From assembly GCA_051530055.1 (NCBI GenBank), contig CM121341.1:372001-436000 (forward strand): a stretch of DNA of 64,000 nt, in the 5' to 3' direction. The translations under genes and the position numbers were made by a program. This DNA is from Neoechinorhynchus agilis. Taxonomy: Eukaryota; Animalia; Acanthocephala. Numbering within the stretch: the first letter of the stretch is position 1; each line of letters begins with the position of its first letter. Below the pieces are notes generated by a model that was given only the letters and a program-made list of their open reading frames with translations, had not been told where the DNA came from and did no database searches. Below, one piece after another: positions 1 to 12,611 of this stretch.

Positions 1-89
1 CATCAGAAGACAAATCAGTCGCTTTCCGATTCAAATACAAAATCTATTTTTATCAAGATCGCAATCATAATCGCAGAATTTCTTTTTAG

Positions 90-2180
90 GCATTGACGTA
101 CTACACATTCGCAGCACTTGGCGACAATACTATGGCCCAAATGAGTTTGGTTAGCACCGTAACCTGTGCACTTCGGTTGAGAAATATCCTAAGAATCGTT
201 TAGGCATATAGACTTCTCTATCAAATCAATACACCGCTTGATTGTGAGCAATCACTGGCATTGTACTCGAAAGTGGCAGGCAAAGGTTGTTGCTTAAGAT
301 TCTTTATCTTTGCGTGTGGTATCCATGTTTGAATAGTTGCTTCCCAAATAACGCTTTCGTCCGGTCCCCTGATACAACGAATCACACTCAACAATGATGC
401 CACTGGTCCGGATCAATCAAGTTTTGTGCTGGGTACAAATAGGGGAAGTGTGATAATTGACCAAGATACACTCGCTTATTATGAACTGATGGCTGAACGT
501 GGAGAAACTCACGCTCAAGTTGGGCTGGGTTCTTTGTATTACACCGGTGGGCGTGGGATAAAACCAAACTTTAAGGTAGTTAGGATTGGAATTTAACTAG
601 TTTATTTTTAATAATTCAATGCTTATAGAAAGCTCTTTACCATTTGTCAAAAGCGGCCCAAAAAGGTAGTCATAGCTCTCAAGCGATTATTGGGAAAATC
701 TATGCACAAGGCGATGAAACTCTTGCGCCTGATCCGAAACTCGCAATTCAACATCTGAGACGAGCTGGAGATAAGAATGAGCCTGTAGCATTTGCGGCGC
801 TTGGCACCATGTACTATCACGGCATCGGAGTTGAAAAAGACGAGAAACTAGCTTACGGCTATTTAAAGATGGCCGCTGATGCCAATCAAGTCGATGCGAT
901 GGTTTGGTTGGGAGCAATGCATTTCTACGGTCATTACGTTAAAAAGGACACGAGAGTTGCCATTCAATACTTTACTCACGCTACACAAGCCGGCCATGTC
1001 CTTGGACCTTACTATCTCGCACTCGTCCACGAGATTGGAGTTGGCGTTATCCGAAACTGTGAGACCTCTGCTCGTCTGTTTAAAACTGTAGCTGAACGTG
1101 GACGGTGGTCAATGGCTTTTATGGATGCCTACTACGATTTCCAACATAAGCGATTTAACCAGGCCGTTATGAAGTATCTTTTACTTTCGGAACTCGGATA
1201 CGAGATCGCTCAGAATAACGCTGCTGTCCTTCTTGAACACGGCAAAACTAATCTCTTCGGAGTCAGAGCTAACTTGAGCGTTAAAGCATCAAAGGATGCA
1301 CTCGCAATGGCATTTGCTCAGCATTCTCGTGCTGCAGAACAAGGGCACTCAGCCAGCCGAGTTCGGGTACTACGACGAATTATCGCTTATAGGGAAAGAT
1401 CACTTTTTATTCCATCTATCAGGAATCCGTTGGGTTTGCGCTAAAGTATCTGTTTCATTTAAATCAATCAAAGGGGACTGCTGCAATTATACCTATTTTA
1501 CATTATTAGAGTAAAAATCTAACATCTTAAGATGTTGTACTGTGAACAGTGTCTATTTGTCGAATCCACGTATTCGTGTGCTAATCAAAATATTCCCGGC
1601 GTTCACTTTTTGTTTGAATATAAATCCTGAGCTGGCTAATTTTTTTAATGTGTTCGTCTTCATTGCGTAACATTTTCAATATGAATTTTCCGAACCCTTT
1701 CGGTCCACATTCCAATAGCCGATCGGTGATTACAACCACTATAAATTCCTCTTCGTGCTCCAATTGATTCGTCGTCAATTAGGAGATTACTATTATTACG
1801 GTCTCGGAGTATGCGATGTAGATATGATAACAGCTTGCACTCATTACCAAATTGCGGCAGATTCCAGCAACGACGCACATGCAATGTTCAATCTTGGGTA
1901 CATGCATGAGAATGGACTTGGTTACAAAAGGGATTTTCATTTGGCCAAACGGTGGTACGATCAGGCTAAGAACGCCAATGCGGATGCAATTCTACCAGTG
2001 GTGCTTGCGATTGTCAAACTGTATGCTCGAAAATCAGGCCAGGCTCTTCTTAATTTTCTGAAGCTATTTGAACCGGCAAACAATTTCTTTAGTCAAATTC
2101 AGGCTCTCCATGTAGGATCGGCATTGTCAGGTGTTTTGATAATTTTTATAACGCTTTGGTATCGACCGGGTGTATTTTGA
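90..2180 (+). CDS. SEL1L: SEL1L/Hrd3 ERAD Sel1-repeat protein, 5'-partial (continues off the left edge), multi-exon
   Basis: Spliced by hand: exon from 90 (ALTYYTFAALGDNTMAQMSL), then AYRLLYQINTPLDCEQSLALYSKVAGK, intron 286-336, VASQITLSSGPLIQRITL...YYELMAERGETHAQVGLGSLYYTGGRG, about 54-bp intron, ORF 644-1366 with Sel1 repeats and LLSELGYEIAQNNAA, then LGDYYYYGLG...HAMFNLGYMHENGLG...RDFHLAKRWYD and a hydrophobic C-terminal anchor. These are SEL1L hallmark motifs. The junction near 1367-1778 is unresolved. Confidence 0.92.
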
Positions 2181-2282
2181 AAATCGAGTGAAAATAATAC
2201 TGTTTTCATGGGATGCGATAACACGGAATTGTCTATATACGCTTATATTTCCCACCCATAAATTATAGCATTACCATTGTAG

Positions 2283-5033
2283 ATGCATCAACAAAACAAC
2301 TTTCGACTTGAGTTGCAAGTACCGTTGGGTCTCATGAAGCTGCAAAATCTCGCGAAAGATCTTCGTGGACAACGTAAGAAGATTATGGGGTTTGAGCGAA
2401 GTAAAAGACGGGACGTTGGTGCACAAACTGAAAGTACTCATGGGCGTTCAAGTGCGACACAAACATTGAACAAATCGTCGACGTTTAATAGGGCAATACA
2501 GGTCAACAGAGGACAGACGAAATGTCTCTCTAGATCAGCTCTATATTTAGAATTGATTGGGCCAAATCAGGATTATGCACTTAAAAAGAAATTACGATCT
2601 CTGTCACCGGAACTAATCGCGGACCTCAAGGATCAAAGCGTAAATAAAAGGGCGTGCCGTCAGTCACAAACGTTATGCGAGCCGCTCAAAGATCCAAAAA
2701 CCGAGAAACCGATAAGATCTCCTTCTAGGAAACAGTTTACACAGTTGCATTGTCGTTCACCTACGAAGAAGGAAAACTCATCGACGAACGAAACTTTCAA
2801 ATCAGTTGAGAAGGTAAGTGGAGTAAAGAAGGAATCCGTTGATGATATAGCACCGTATTTGGTTCCGCTTGGTATGCGTAGCAACGATGAAAATTACATT
2901 GCCGTGCTCAAATGTCTTACTTCAATGAATTTCATCACTCAGGCGTCAAATTATCTTAATTTTTCTCTAGAATTCCTTTCTGCCAGGTTTTTACTTCTGA
3001 TAGAGTTAATTTGATTCTTTAAGTTTTTCAAAAATTGCTGGTTTCTCTGTCATAATTTTAGATACGATAAAGCGAACGCTAATAAAGAACGCATTTCGCT
3101 TCAAATCGATTTAATTGCTGGAAATGAATCATCTAAAGGAGGCGATTTTACGCCCCAGTGGTGAAATTTTGCGCTCAAACAACAATGTAGCAGGCATTCG
3201 TTAATAATCAAATTGAACTTCTTATGGAAGCGCAGTGAGCGTTCCTACGAACTGGCTGTAGAGTTTTCTATTCCGTTTCTTCTCTTGATGTAGTGATGAG
3301 AATCTAAGAGCTGAAGAAAGATTCGGTAACCTCGATCGCCCCTCTCGTCGTCCAGTTGTACCTGTTTTATTCCAATATGTCAGCATGCTTGTTGATTTGG
3401 ACGGTACAAGAGAAGTAACCAAATTCCGACCAAGTACGGGAGTGTTGCTACGTCGAGCAAACCTAATAGTATTTTGTTGCAAAACTCTTGATCTCATCGA
3501 AGGACTTTCATGCAATTCCACGCCGATTACACTTGCTTTGAGGAAATGTCCAACGATAGAGGAGAGTCCGATCTACTACGATCTTATTCCACATCCGATT
3601 GATATAGAAAAGATACGAGCGAAAATAGCTTGTCGTAGCTATTTATCGTTTGATGAATTGCATCAGGATTTGGAGTTACTATTTAGAAATGTTGAAGTTT
3701 ATGCAAGTAAACAACACGAAATATTCGCTTGTATAATGCACACTCGTCGGTTTCTTGAATACTGGAGACGGCGGAATCATGACACTGTTCACGACAAATT
3801 TTTGGACACTTTGAAAGCTGAAGGTGCTATATGTAACGAAATTGAAGATGTTGCTGCACTCGTTGATGTAATGCTCAATGCATTGTGTAAAAACAGAAGT
3901 TTTAATGTGGCAAAAGTGATTGATTGCGGATGTGGTCGCACTGATGATAGTGAGAATCTGAAAAAGTGTCCAGCGTGCGGATACTATCAACACAAGGAGT
4001 GCGAACATGGGTTTCCCTTGTGTCTCAAGTGCGCTGATGAAGATTATGAATCAATGGAATATCCTCATGAGGTCAATGGGGAAGAATATAAGCAATTCCG
4101 CATGTATGGAATCACTCAATTCTTCAATGCTGTACCGAGTAAGAGAAAAGATGTTTGCCTTCAAATAAGAAGAGGTCCGTATTTGTGGTCGCGCTTAAGA
4201 AAACAATACTTACAGATTCTAATAGGTTCGTATTATTACGTAACCAAACAGCTAGATCAATCGATTTTAAAAACTCGATTAACTTCTCAAATAATCCAGA
4301 TCGAATTTATTTTTAAAGATAAAAGGTATATTTCTTCGCTTTAATCGCAATAACGTCGCTTTATTCATACAGTAATCTGTATTACGCTTACGGACCACTA
4401 TTTATCCGACCATTTTATCTTAAAGTGAAATCTTCCCAAAGATTTTACGCCAACGAAGTCATTTTCTCAGGTAATAAGCAGCTAATCCGATTGGAAGATC
4501 TGGTCGCGGAATGTGTCATTATTGATATTCAGACTTTCTTAAAGGGAAAATTGAGACGGGTGTCGTTTGATGATACTTACGTTGTCGAATGTTTTCTCGA
4601 TGCTGATGGAAAATTGACAAAGTTGTCAAAGCAAGTGCTCAATCCATTTGCCCTTCCCGATCACGCACAATCTCCTTTCCATTTCGAATTCTATCTCGAC
4701 AAACTAAGACCTGCAAAGTGTTGCACTTCACGCATTTTGGGCATTGATGAACGCCAATTGCTTGAAAGGTTTCGTGTTTGGAGATTTGAGTGTCCAGTTC
4801 CTCAATCAATTTTAAAATCTTCACAAAAGGCCAAGTTCTTTTACGGGCATCCTTGTCTTCAGCGATTTGTTAGATCTCTAGGCGAAGGGAAAGTTATTCA
4901 GAATGACATCAGGTATGAAGTTAATGCTTACCTTTTGCCTGGAGATGGGAAAATCGACCTATTGGATAGGACAGATCAATGTCTGTTTGATAGCGGAGAC
5001 GGAAATTCTATACCAACGAAGTTGAGAATCTAG
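2283..5033 (+). CDS. Bromodomain-PHD-BAH(-BAH) chromatin reader, ASH1L C-terminus-like, no SET domain seen; probably one multi-exon gene
   Basis: ORFs 2283-3014, 3385-4344 and 4425-5033 join in frame through GT-AG introns at about 2987-3061, 3160-3292 and 4326-4372. Bromodomain: YYDLIPHPIDIEKIRAKIACRSYLSFDELHQDLELLFRNVEVY. PHD: VIDCGCGRTDDSENLKKCPACGYYQHKEC. BAH: IQIEFIFKDK...YYAYGPLFIRP...RFYANEV...LVAECVIIDIQTFLKG...DTYVVECFLD. A second degenerate BAH-like block follows (FRVWRFE...FFYGHPCLQR). Confidence 0.68.
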
Positions 5034-5991
5034 ACACTTATTATTTAACGATATAGTGTTGACACTTAAGCCGATTTTTTATTTCGGATGAAATGTCAAT
5101 TTGCAAAAATGGATCCTGTGTGCATTATGTTTCTTTAAGAAATTTAACGACAATTCACTCGAGAAACAGTTGCTTCATCGGTGAGTCTTCATTTTCATCC
5201 ACAATCGCTATTTTCCGCAACAAATGGATTTACTTTTATTTCCATGGACGTTTTGCATCATTCCGAACTGCATATTTGATAATCTTTTTTAGTGGACAAA
5301 AATGACAGCCTATTATTTTGCTGCATTTTAATGTAACCCCCCAAATGGATGCTTAATGTCATTATATACAAAGTCATTTACTAACTTAATGATGGTATGT
5401 TACCGTTCTTCAAAAACTCATGCCGGTAAATGCTAAATCCATCCATTATTTATTGTTCATCTTTCTGCATATTATATGAGAAATTTTTATCAAGCAGCAT
5501 ATATAGTCTGTTCGTTTTATAAACCTTAACTAACTTTAGCGAAAAGGACATTTAGTGAAGCTTAGAAATGCTTTCACTAAATATCGATTCTTTCAAAAGC
5601 ATTTGAGGGCAAAAGTTTTCTTATCAAGTTCACATAAAGATAATATATTCGTAGTGTCTATACATTTGCATTTTTAATCTTTTTCAAGCGGCAATCTCTT
5701 TCCGAGAATTTGATCGTTATTATTTTTTAGACAGAGGAGGCGGATATATACTTGAACATATTCGGTAAACCATTCGCACTACTAATCTAATGATTACCAT
5801 CAGGATGCATCAATCAATCCCGTGATCAAACCCAATCTTCGATCTATTTATAGTGAATGAATTTTATAAATTAAAAAGGGATGTGGTTTGTCGGAGTTTT
5901 GTCTATTTTTCATGATTTTTTGTACATTCACACGCACGATATTACATAGCAGTAGCGAAGAAGAGGTTTCTGATGCTGAAGTCAGAGACAT

Positions 5992-8189
5992 TTACTGGCC
6001 AGTGAGAATAGTTGTGAAGTTTTGATGATCGGTTTGTTGTTGATTATCGGACGAACTTTGTTCTCTGTCGTTGACAGAATCTCCGTTCGGTGCATTTGCA
6101 GACGCGGATAATCGTCGAGTTCTTTTTAGGCTTCTCTGAGCACTTCCCTGAGCCAACTCACGTTCAACGACTTCATTTTGAATTGAAAGCAGAATGATAA
6201 GATGCTCTTTCGAGAATAAATGGTCGCGATCACTTGTATTGGGTCCATATGTGAGTCTGCATAGAGAGCACGTTCCATTATTAACCCACGGTCCATTAGG
6301 ATATTTATCATTCAAACGATCGCCCACTTTCATACTTTCATCTATTTCTTCCTTCACAATCTCAGGACGATCTCTTTGTTTAGCACGCGCATTTTGGTAC
6401 CAGATCCGAACACTGGGCTCGGCAATTCCTATAGATTCACCTAGACGCTGACACTCACTCCTATGAGGAGTTGGATATTCATTGAATATTGATCGCATAA
6501 CTCGCAGTTGTGTATCAGTCAATTTGATTCTTTGTCTTCGACGTGCCGATGTAGAGGACATTGCTTCTGTTGTAGTTGGCACCGAAACCGGCGGCTGGGA
6601 CGTTATAGCGTTAAATGTGGTGGTGTTTATGAGTTGATTGTGTTGCTGGAGGATCCCAAGCGAAGGGCGTTCGCTTGAGTCAGGAGGTCTTTGAGGGAGA
6701 TAAGTGGCTGGGTTAGCGTTTAGGAAGGGCGGAGTCATCCACAGGGCACGTCTAAGTGTGGCTTCAGCGGCATTATTCGACATCATTCTTTGTGCCGATG
6801 TTGTCAGTTGAATATTGGAACTATTGATGCCGTCGTCTTGATGGGCGTCATCGCACGGTTCACTTTTGACCGGCAATCCGTTTATGTCAGTAGATTCGTA
6901 TCTATCTCCACTGCTAACGGGTAATTTTCCACTTTCTCGTTTTTCCTTGGCTCGTCTATTTTGAAACCACACTTTGATAACGCGCGGACTAAGTCCTAAA
7001 ACATTGACCATTGAGTCAATATCCCCGGCTTTCGGGTGTTTATTAAGCGCATAGGATCTGTTAAGACATGCAAGTTGTTCATGAGTGAGTTGGGTTCTTG
7101 GTTGGCGTTGCTTCTGAGGGGAGAGTAATGTTGGATCGACTAGACGGTGATCGCCATTGTTTACCAGGACCTTTTGCCGAGCGCTGGATTCGGCTTCGGG
7201 TACGCATTCGTAAAAGTGTGCAACTGCCTCGGCTTCTGAGCAGAAATATCGGTTGCAGTGTACATTGTAACAGGTTATTACTCCATCAGTGAGTGATTGA
7301 ACATGGTGAGTGTGTCCCTGGTTATGAGTAATATGTTCTACGACCTCGTTTACACCGGCAAAACTGGTTTTGCAAAGGCGGCAGTAGAATCTCCGTTTTT
7401 GATCGTCCTGCTGTGGTGGAAAGTGATTTCCAGCAACTGTTGCGAAAGATTGGGTTCCGGATGTCGGTAGGACCCCTTGGACGGGGTGGTATGAGTGCTG
7501 CATCATTCGACACAGCGACGCTAGGACGTTGATATCATTGAACAGCTGATTGTTAGGTGCGCCATTGACCAATGACTGCGCTGCATGAAACAGTGGCGTT
7601 TCATTGGCACTGGCACCCATGAGGACAGTACTAAGATTTTGTGAGTGCTCGGAGGGACTTTGTGTTGGCGTTGTGTGGACATCAGTGGAGTCATGCTTCA
7701 CAGACTGCATTTCGCGATCTTTTCCTATAATTGCAAGAGTTTATATTCTGGTGTTGCTGCAGTAAAGATGATGGCAGTTTGGAGAACAAAGTGATAATTT
7801 CATATAAGTGTTCGGTAGTGTGTCGACGGCCGCGATAAGCAATCTAATTAAACAAAAGTGGTGCCAGGCACGGCATCACCTCCTGCAAATTCATAATTGT
7901 TGTCTCCTCTGCATTCTGCGCAATCTGCCCGGGCATTCCAGACGAGAGAAATTATTAGTGGCGATGGTTGTGGAGGGAGACGTACAACGCGTAAACGGCA
8001 GCCGGTAATTATATCTCATGCGTGTGTTTGCGGTTAACAAAAACCTATACATTTCGCGACCTCCAGCCACTCACCTTCTGGGCCGTTGTTAGTCGACGCG
8101 CCATTGGCTGGCGGCAGCACTTGTTTGGAGTTACCTTCCTTTGCCATGCCGTTCGTACTCAGGTGAGGAGATGGCTCATTTGTGGACAT
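5992..8189 (-). CDS. zfh2: Zinc-finger homeodomain protein of the ZFHX/zfh2 (ATBF1) family, about 615 aa, two exons
   Basis: Two homeodomains (RQPRTQLTHEQL...RVIKVWFQNRRAKEKR; RRQRIKLTDTQLRVMRSIFNEYPTP...WYQNARAKQR). The second is followed by CSLCRLTYGPNTSDRDHLFSKEH, matching the ZFHX HD4 plus terminal zinc-finger pair. Two upstream C2H2-like fingers. Upstream exon 8189-8075 ends at a perfect AG|GTGAGT donor and is in phase with the acceptor at 7725. Confidence 0.85.
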
Positions 8190-11100
8190 TATCTAAAAGG
8201 ATTACGAGCGTACGAGGCCAAATTCAATCGAACGAGACAAGTTGAGTTGCCCACTTCCCACCCCTTCCTCCCCTGTCTCTTTTTGTATGTTTTTTATTGC
8301 GTATATAGGTGTAAGTAATAATGTAGTGGGAAACGAGGTAGAGAAGGTATATAAGAGATTGGTGATTAAGCATGTGTGTTCTCGTAATGACGATTGTGCG
8401 CTGCGTCTCACACCGTAACAATATTTCTTCTCCCGGAGCACCTAACGTGCCTCTAATGAGCTCCTCCAACTCAGGATAGTTGCATCGTTTAACCGAACAA
8501 AAATTCCATTCGAACCAACGCAGTGCGAAGAGAGAGAGAGAAAACGACAAAAAACAATGCCTCAATTCGAAACAAACATTAATGTGCCAAGTTCATGCAA
8601 AACAACAACAACAACGTGAACGTTTCACAAAACGAATGTGGAGCTATATTAAGCTCAAATAAGGGCCATGAGAAAAACGAGCATAATTCACTGATTTTAT
8701 ACAGCTCGTGTCAAACGTGCACATAAGCAATTGAACAACGGAAAATGCACCTTTTTGGACCATAGGCCGCACAGAAGTCACACCATTATAACAGATTCAA
8801 GCAAAAGATTATTCTCAAAAGTACAACGGAAACGCGACTTTTATAGCAATACAGGTCCACGCAAAAAAACACCGCTTTAGTTGTGGATACCAAATAGAGA
8901 AAATTGAGTGGATTGATCGTGGACAATCGATCACGAATAGTTGTCGCTCGGCAATACCGATCAAGGCGAACGAGTTCGTGAGTGAACAATCTTAATCTAC
9001 GATTTTCCAATTGAATTAGCCAATAGCGATCCGAATAAAATACGCGAAAGCAACTCTTTATCATTGAAGCCCAGAAAAGATGCGATCGTTATCTACAAAA
9101 GTGATCTCGTGCGACTATGAATACTTGATGGATCGATGCTCATAGAATATTTCAAATTTAGTGGAAAAAAGTGGATTTCACGTTAAGGGCTGACTTTTAC
9201 GAAAAAGATCTTAATAAGGAATCATAGGCAAACGTTTATAGATTAAGAACTGATTTACCGATTATTTAGTACTCAAAGTAGCCAGCTACTAATGCGTTAA
9301 AAGTAAGGCAGTATCTCAACTTAAAAATGACGAACTAAATATTCGCACATGCTTAAATCGAAGCTTTAAACCCATCATTCCACAATTTCGGCTAAAGTAA
9401 CTACGCAATACACTAAATAAAATTATTTGACCAAACGCCAGCGAGGGCATATTACAATTACCGACGTTCGGGCTACGTAGATCCGAGTGTCATGAAGAGT
9501 GTTGTGAGTACGGTCCCTCTGCCATAAGACAAGCTTGAAAGCCACAAGCAATTACGCGTAACTCTAATTGAAATTGCGTCGGCATAACTGTGTTGACTTG
9601 GTTAGAGACAGTCTCGATAGCAATTAACTGCATTAATGTGCCGTTCGGGGCTTATTGAGGTGCTCTACGTTTGCCAGAGGTCGGTGTTTACTCTAATTGT
9701 TTCATAAGACTGTTATTTGCTACCTCGGTACTTTTATGGTAAAATTAATAAAGATGACAGAAATCAAGTTTTTTGGCATTTAGTAGGGAAATTATTCGAG
9801 AAGCTAGTAACTTTTGAAACAGCTCCTCTTTTCTTGGACCACTTATCTCTAAATAATGTATGCGAATTTAATCGGTACGCTGATTTTTCAACAATCGTCC
9901 AACACTGACCGTGAAAATCGAAACAGCCTTTAAATGCACCGTTTCAACCGAGTTGCCTCATTCGCTGTTGCATAAACTTAAATGGAATTTTTTGTCTAAC
10001 AATAGAAAGACTAATTCTGTAAAAGTAGTTATTGCAATTTTTGGAATTAAAAAAAATCGAAGCAAAGTGTAACCACGCATGTCTGGGTTTTTAGAAAAAT
10101 GGAAAAAGAAGAGGATCTTACCTTATTAAAATTTGAAGTTGAAGCGAAATATGTTAGTGCGAAGCCCATTGACACTTGAGCAAGTTGGACGAATTGAAGG
10201 ACATTCGAGTGGAAACTCAAAGTAAAATATTTGGATAAAATAGAGGAAGAGAGAAATATCTTTTGAATGTTAGGTGTGTAGTTCAAACAAATGAAACGCG
10301 TCTTAAGTTTTTAAAAGGAAGCGTGAAAGCGTTTATTTGCTACAAAAAAAGAATTAAGTCGCATAAAAGTGGGAATCGTCCTTATTGCAGGTTGAAAACG
10401 AAATAAAGGAGCAGTGAAATTTAAATTATTTTGTAGCAAAGGAATTGGTATGTGACAGGTGTTTCGTTAAAAGTTGTCATGATGATGCCGTATTGTGTTC
10501 TTTCAAAAGTGAGCAGCACAATCAGTGAATGAGTCTCAAAAACGGTCCGTACAATCGTCTCAGTAGAATCAAGGTACGGCAATTGGAGCATAAACCTATA
10601 TAGGCGACCATTTCAAAGCAATTGATCTTACTGATAGCCGATAATTGAGGAGGTAAGTCGTTGAAATTGTCGAATTTTTTACATATCATCGAATATCTTA
10701 AAGTGAACGGATGTTTTTAGTAAGAATAGAAATATTTTTAGAGTAGGAAGTTCTGATGATTAATTGTAAGAATGAGTCGTTTGTAGTAGTGAGCTGGGAA
10801 ATGCTGATTGGAGAAGAAAACTGTAACATGAAACGCGAAATGGTAAAAAGACAGAAATACCCAGAGAATCTTATTTTACAAAATTATAATATGCATTTAG
10901 GACGAATATTACAATGTAGAGATGAAACGAGCTCTCAATCCCGACAATGATTAGTCAAATCCCTGCTGCATATTTTAGTTGAATGAAAGGCCACTTTGTT
11001 GCAAGTGGAAATGAAAGCTCGATCTTTTCGTTACTATGCTGGCTTCTTAGAATATGGTAGGCGCCTCCGTTTACACCAGCCACCGCCACTTAGAACCCGG

Positions 11101-11499
11101 GGATAAATATTGCAATAAAATTCGATGTGCCCGGGCATGTACACATAAAAGCGGCACCGGCAATCTCGCTTTCTATAAAGCACCACCGTTTAGAATCGCT
11201 CGTCTTTCAATCTACGATATTTAATCGCATTTTCCAAATGAGGTAGTTCATCAGTTTAAAAAGCTTACAGAAACAGCAATTACGAGTATGCATAAATATG
11301 AAAGAGTAGGAAAGTAATATTGCACCAAAATTAAAAAAAAGATAGTTCTATTTTGTGTAAAATTATAGGAGTTGCGGATAATCGGGAAACGCATCGGAAG
11401 TAAATATTTGAAAATGCACAATAACGGATCTTCAATAAATTCAAACGTACTATTTGGGCAATAGAAAAACACCCAATTTCAATGAAACCCAACAAGGAG

Positions 11500-12611
11500 A
11501 TGAAATACACTTCAAAATTCTCATTCGTAATCGACAAAAGAAAATCTCCACTGCCATAAAACCAGGAATTCAACAGCTAACTAGGACGTTTCGGGTCTTA
11601 ACTCTAAAAATTACTCTTTTAGCGATGGAAAAAAGTTAAATTTTGCGTAAACTTTAGGACAGTACAAACGCAGGACACGGATAACGTTAACTTAAAAATT
11701 CTCCCATCAATCGGTAAAAACGCATCACCGATGAAATTGCTCGCTGTTCAACATTTGACTTGGACGTTTTATGGTTTTATTCGATAAAATCAAGAGCATA
11801 ATTTTAGCGATAGAAAATATCAATTTAAAAATTTACGTTTACTTTTGAACCATGCAAACGCAGAACATGGATAAAATACACGTACGAAGTTCTCCCGTGA
11901 GCCCGGAGTTCAGCAATTGACTTGAACGTTTCAGATTTTAACTCGCAAAATTAAAAATACTATTTTAGAGATAGAAAAAACAATTGAAAACTTTTTTGCC
12001 AACCTTGGACAAATAAAACAAAGAAGCTGGATAAAACTAGCTTCAAAATCCTCACACGAGTCGATAAAATAATAACACCGATGTCATGGAACCCGAATTT
12101 CAACAGTTTGCTCAGACGCTTCGGATTTTAACTCGGAAAACTAAAATTTACCATTTCAGCGGTTGAAGAACACCAATTTAAAATTTGAATCCACTTTTGG
12201 ACATCGAAAACTTATCAGGTGGAAAACCAATAAATTTTCGTATTGATCGATAAAAGAAAATCTCTCAAGTAATTGCTCGCCGTTAAACAGTTGACTTGGA
12301 CGTTTCGGGCTTTAACTTGATAAAATTTGGAGAATTATTTTATTGAAAGAAAAACAAAATTTAAAATGAATCGATAAAAGCAGATATCTGAATCGATTGC
12401 TCCCTGTTTAACCGTTGAGTCGGATGTTTCAGAGCTTCGCTCCATAAAATGTGGAGCTTTTTTTTAATGATTGCAAAAATTAACATTTTACGTCCACTTT
12501 TGGCAAATGAAAATGCATGACGTCAATAAAATACACTACAAAATTCTCCCATAAATCTATAAAAGCATAACTCTGAGAAGATTGCCCGCTCTACAACGGT
12601 TCACTCGGAAT
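11500..12611. repeat. Old, diverged monomers of the 187-bp satellite family
   Basis: Recognisable blocks such as attgctcgctgttcaac, gataaaatcaagag, acttttgaaccatgcaaacgcagaacatggataaaatac recur at roughly 187-bp spacing. Left boundary approximate. Confidence 0.75.

Noticed and set aside
6126-7513. Antisense and alternative-frame ORFs over ZFHX, SEL1L, DDX10 and others
   Set aside because: They are shadow ORFs of real coding sequence with no independent motifs.
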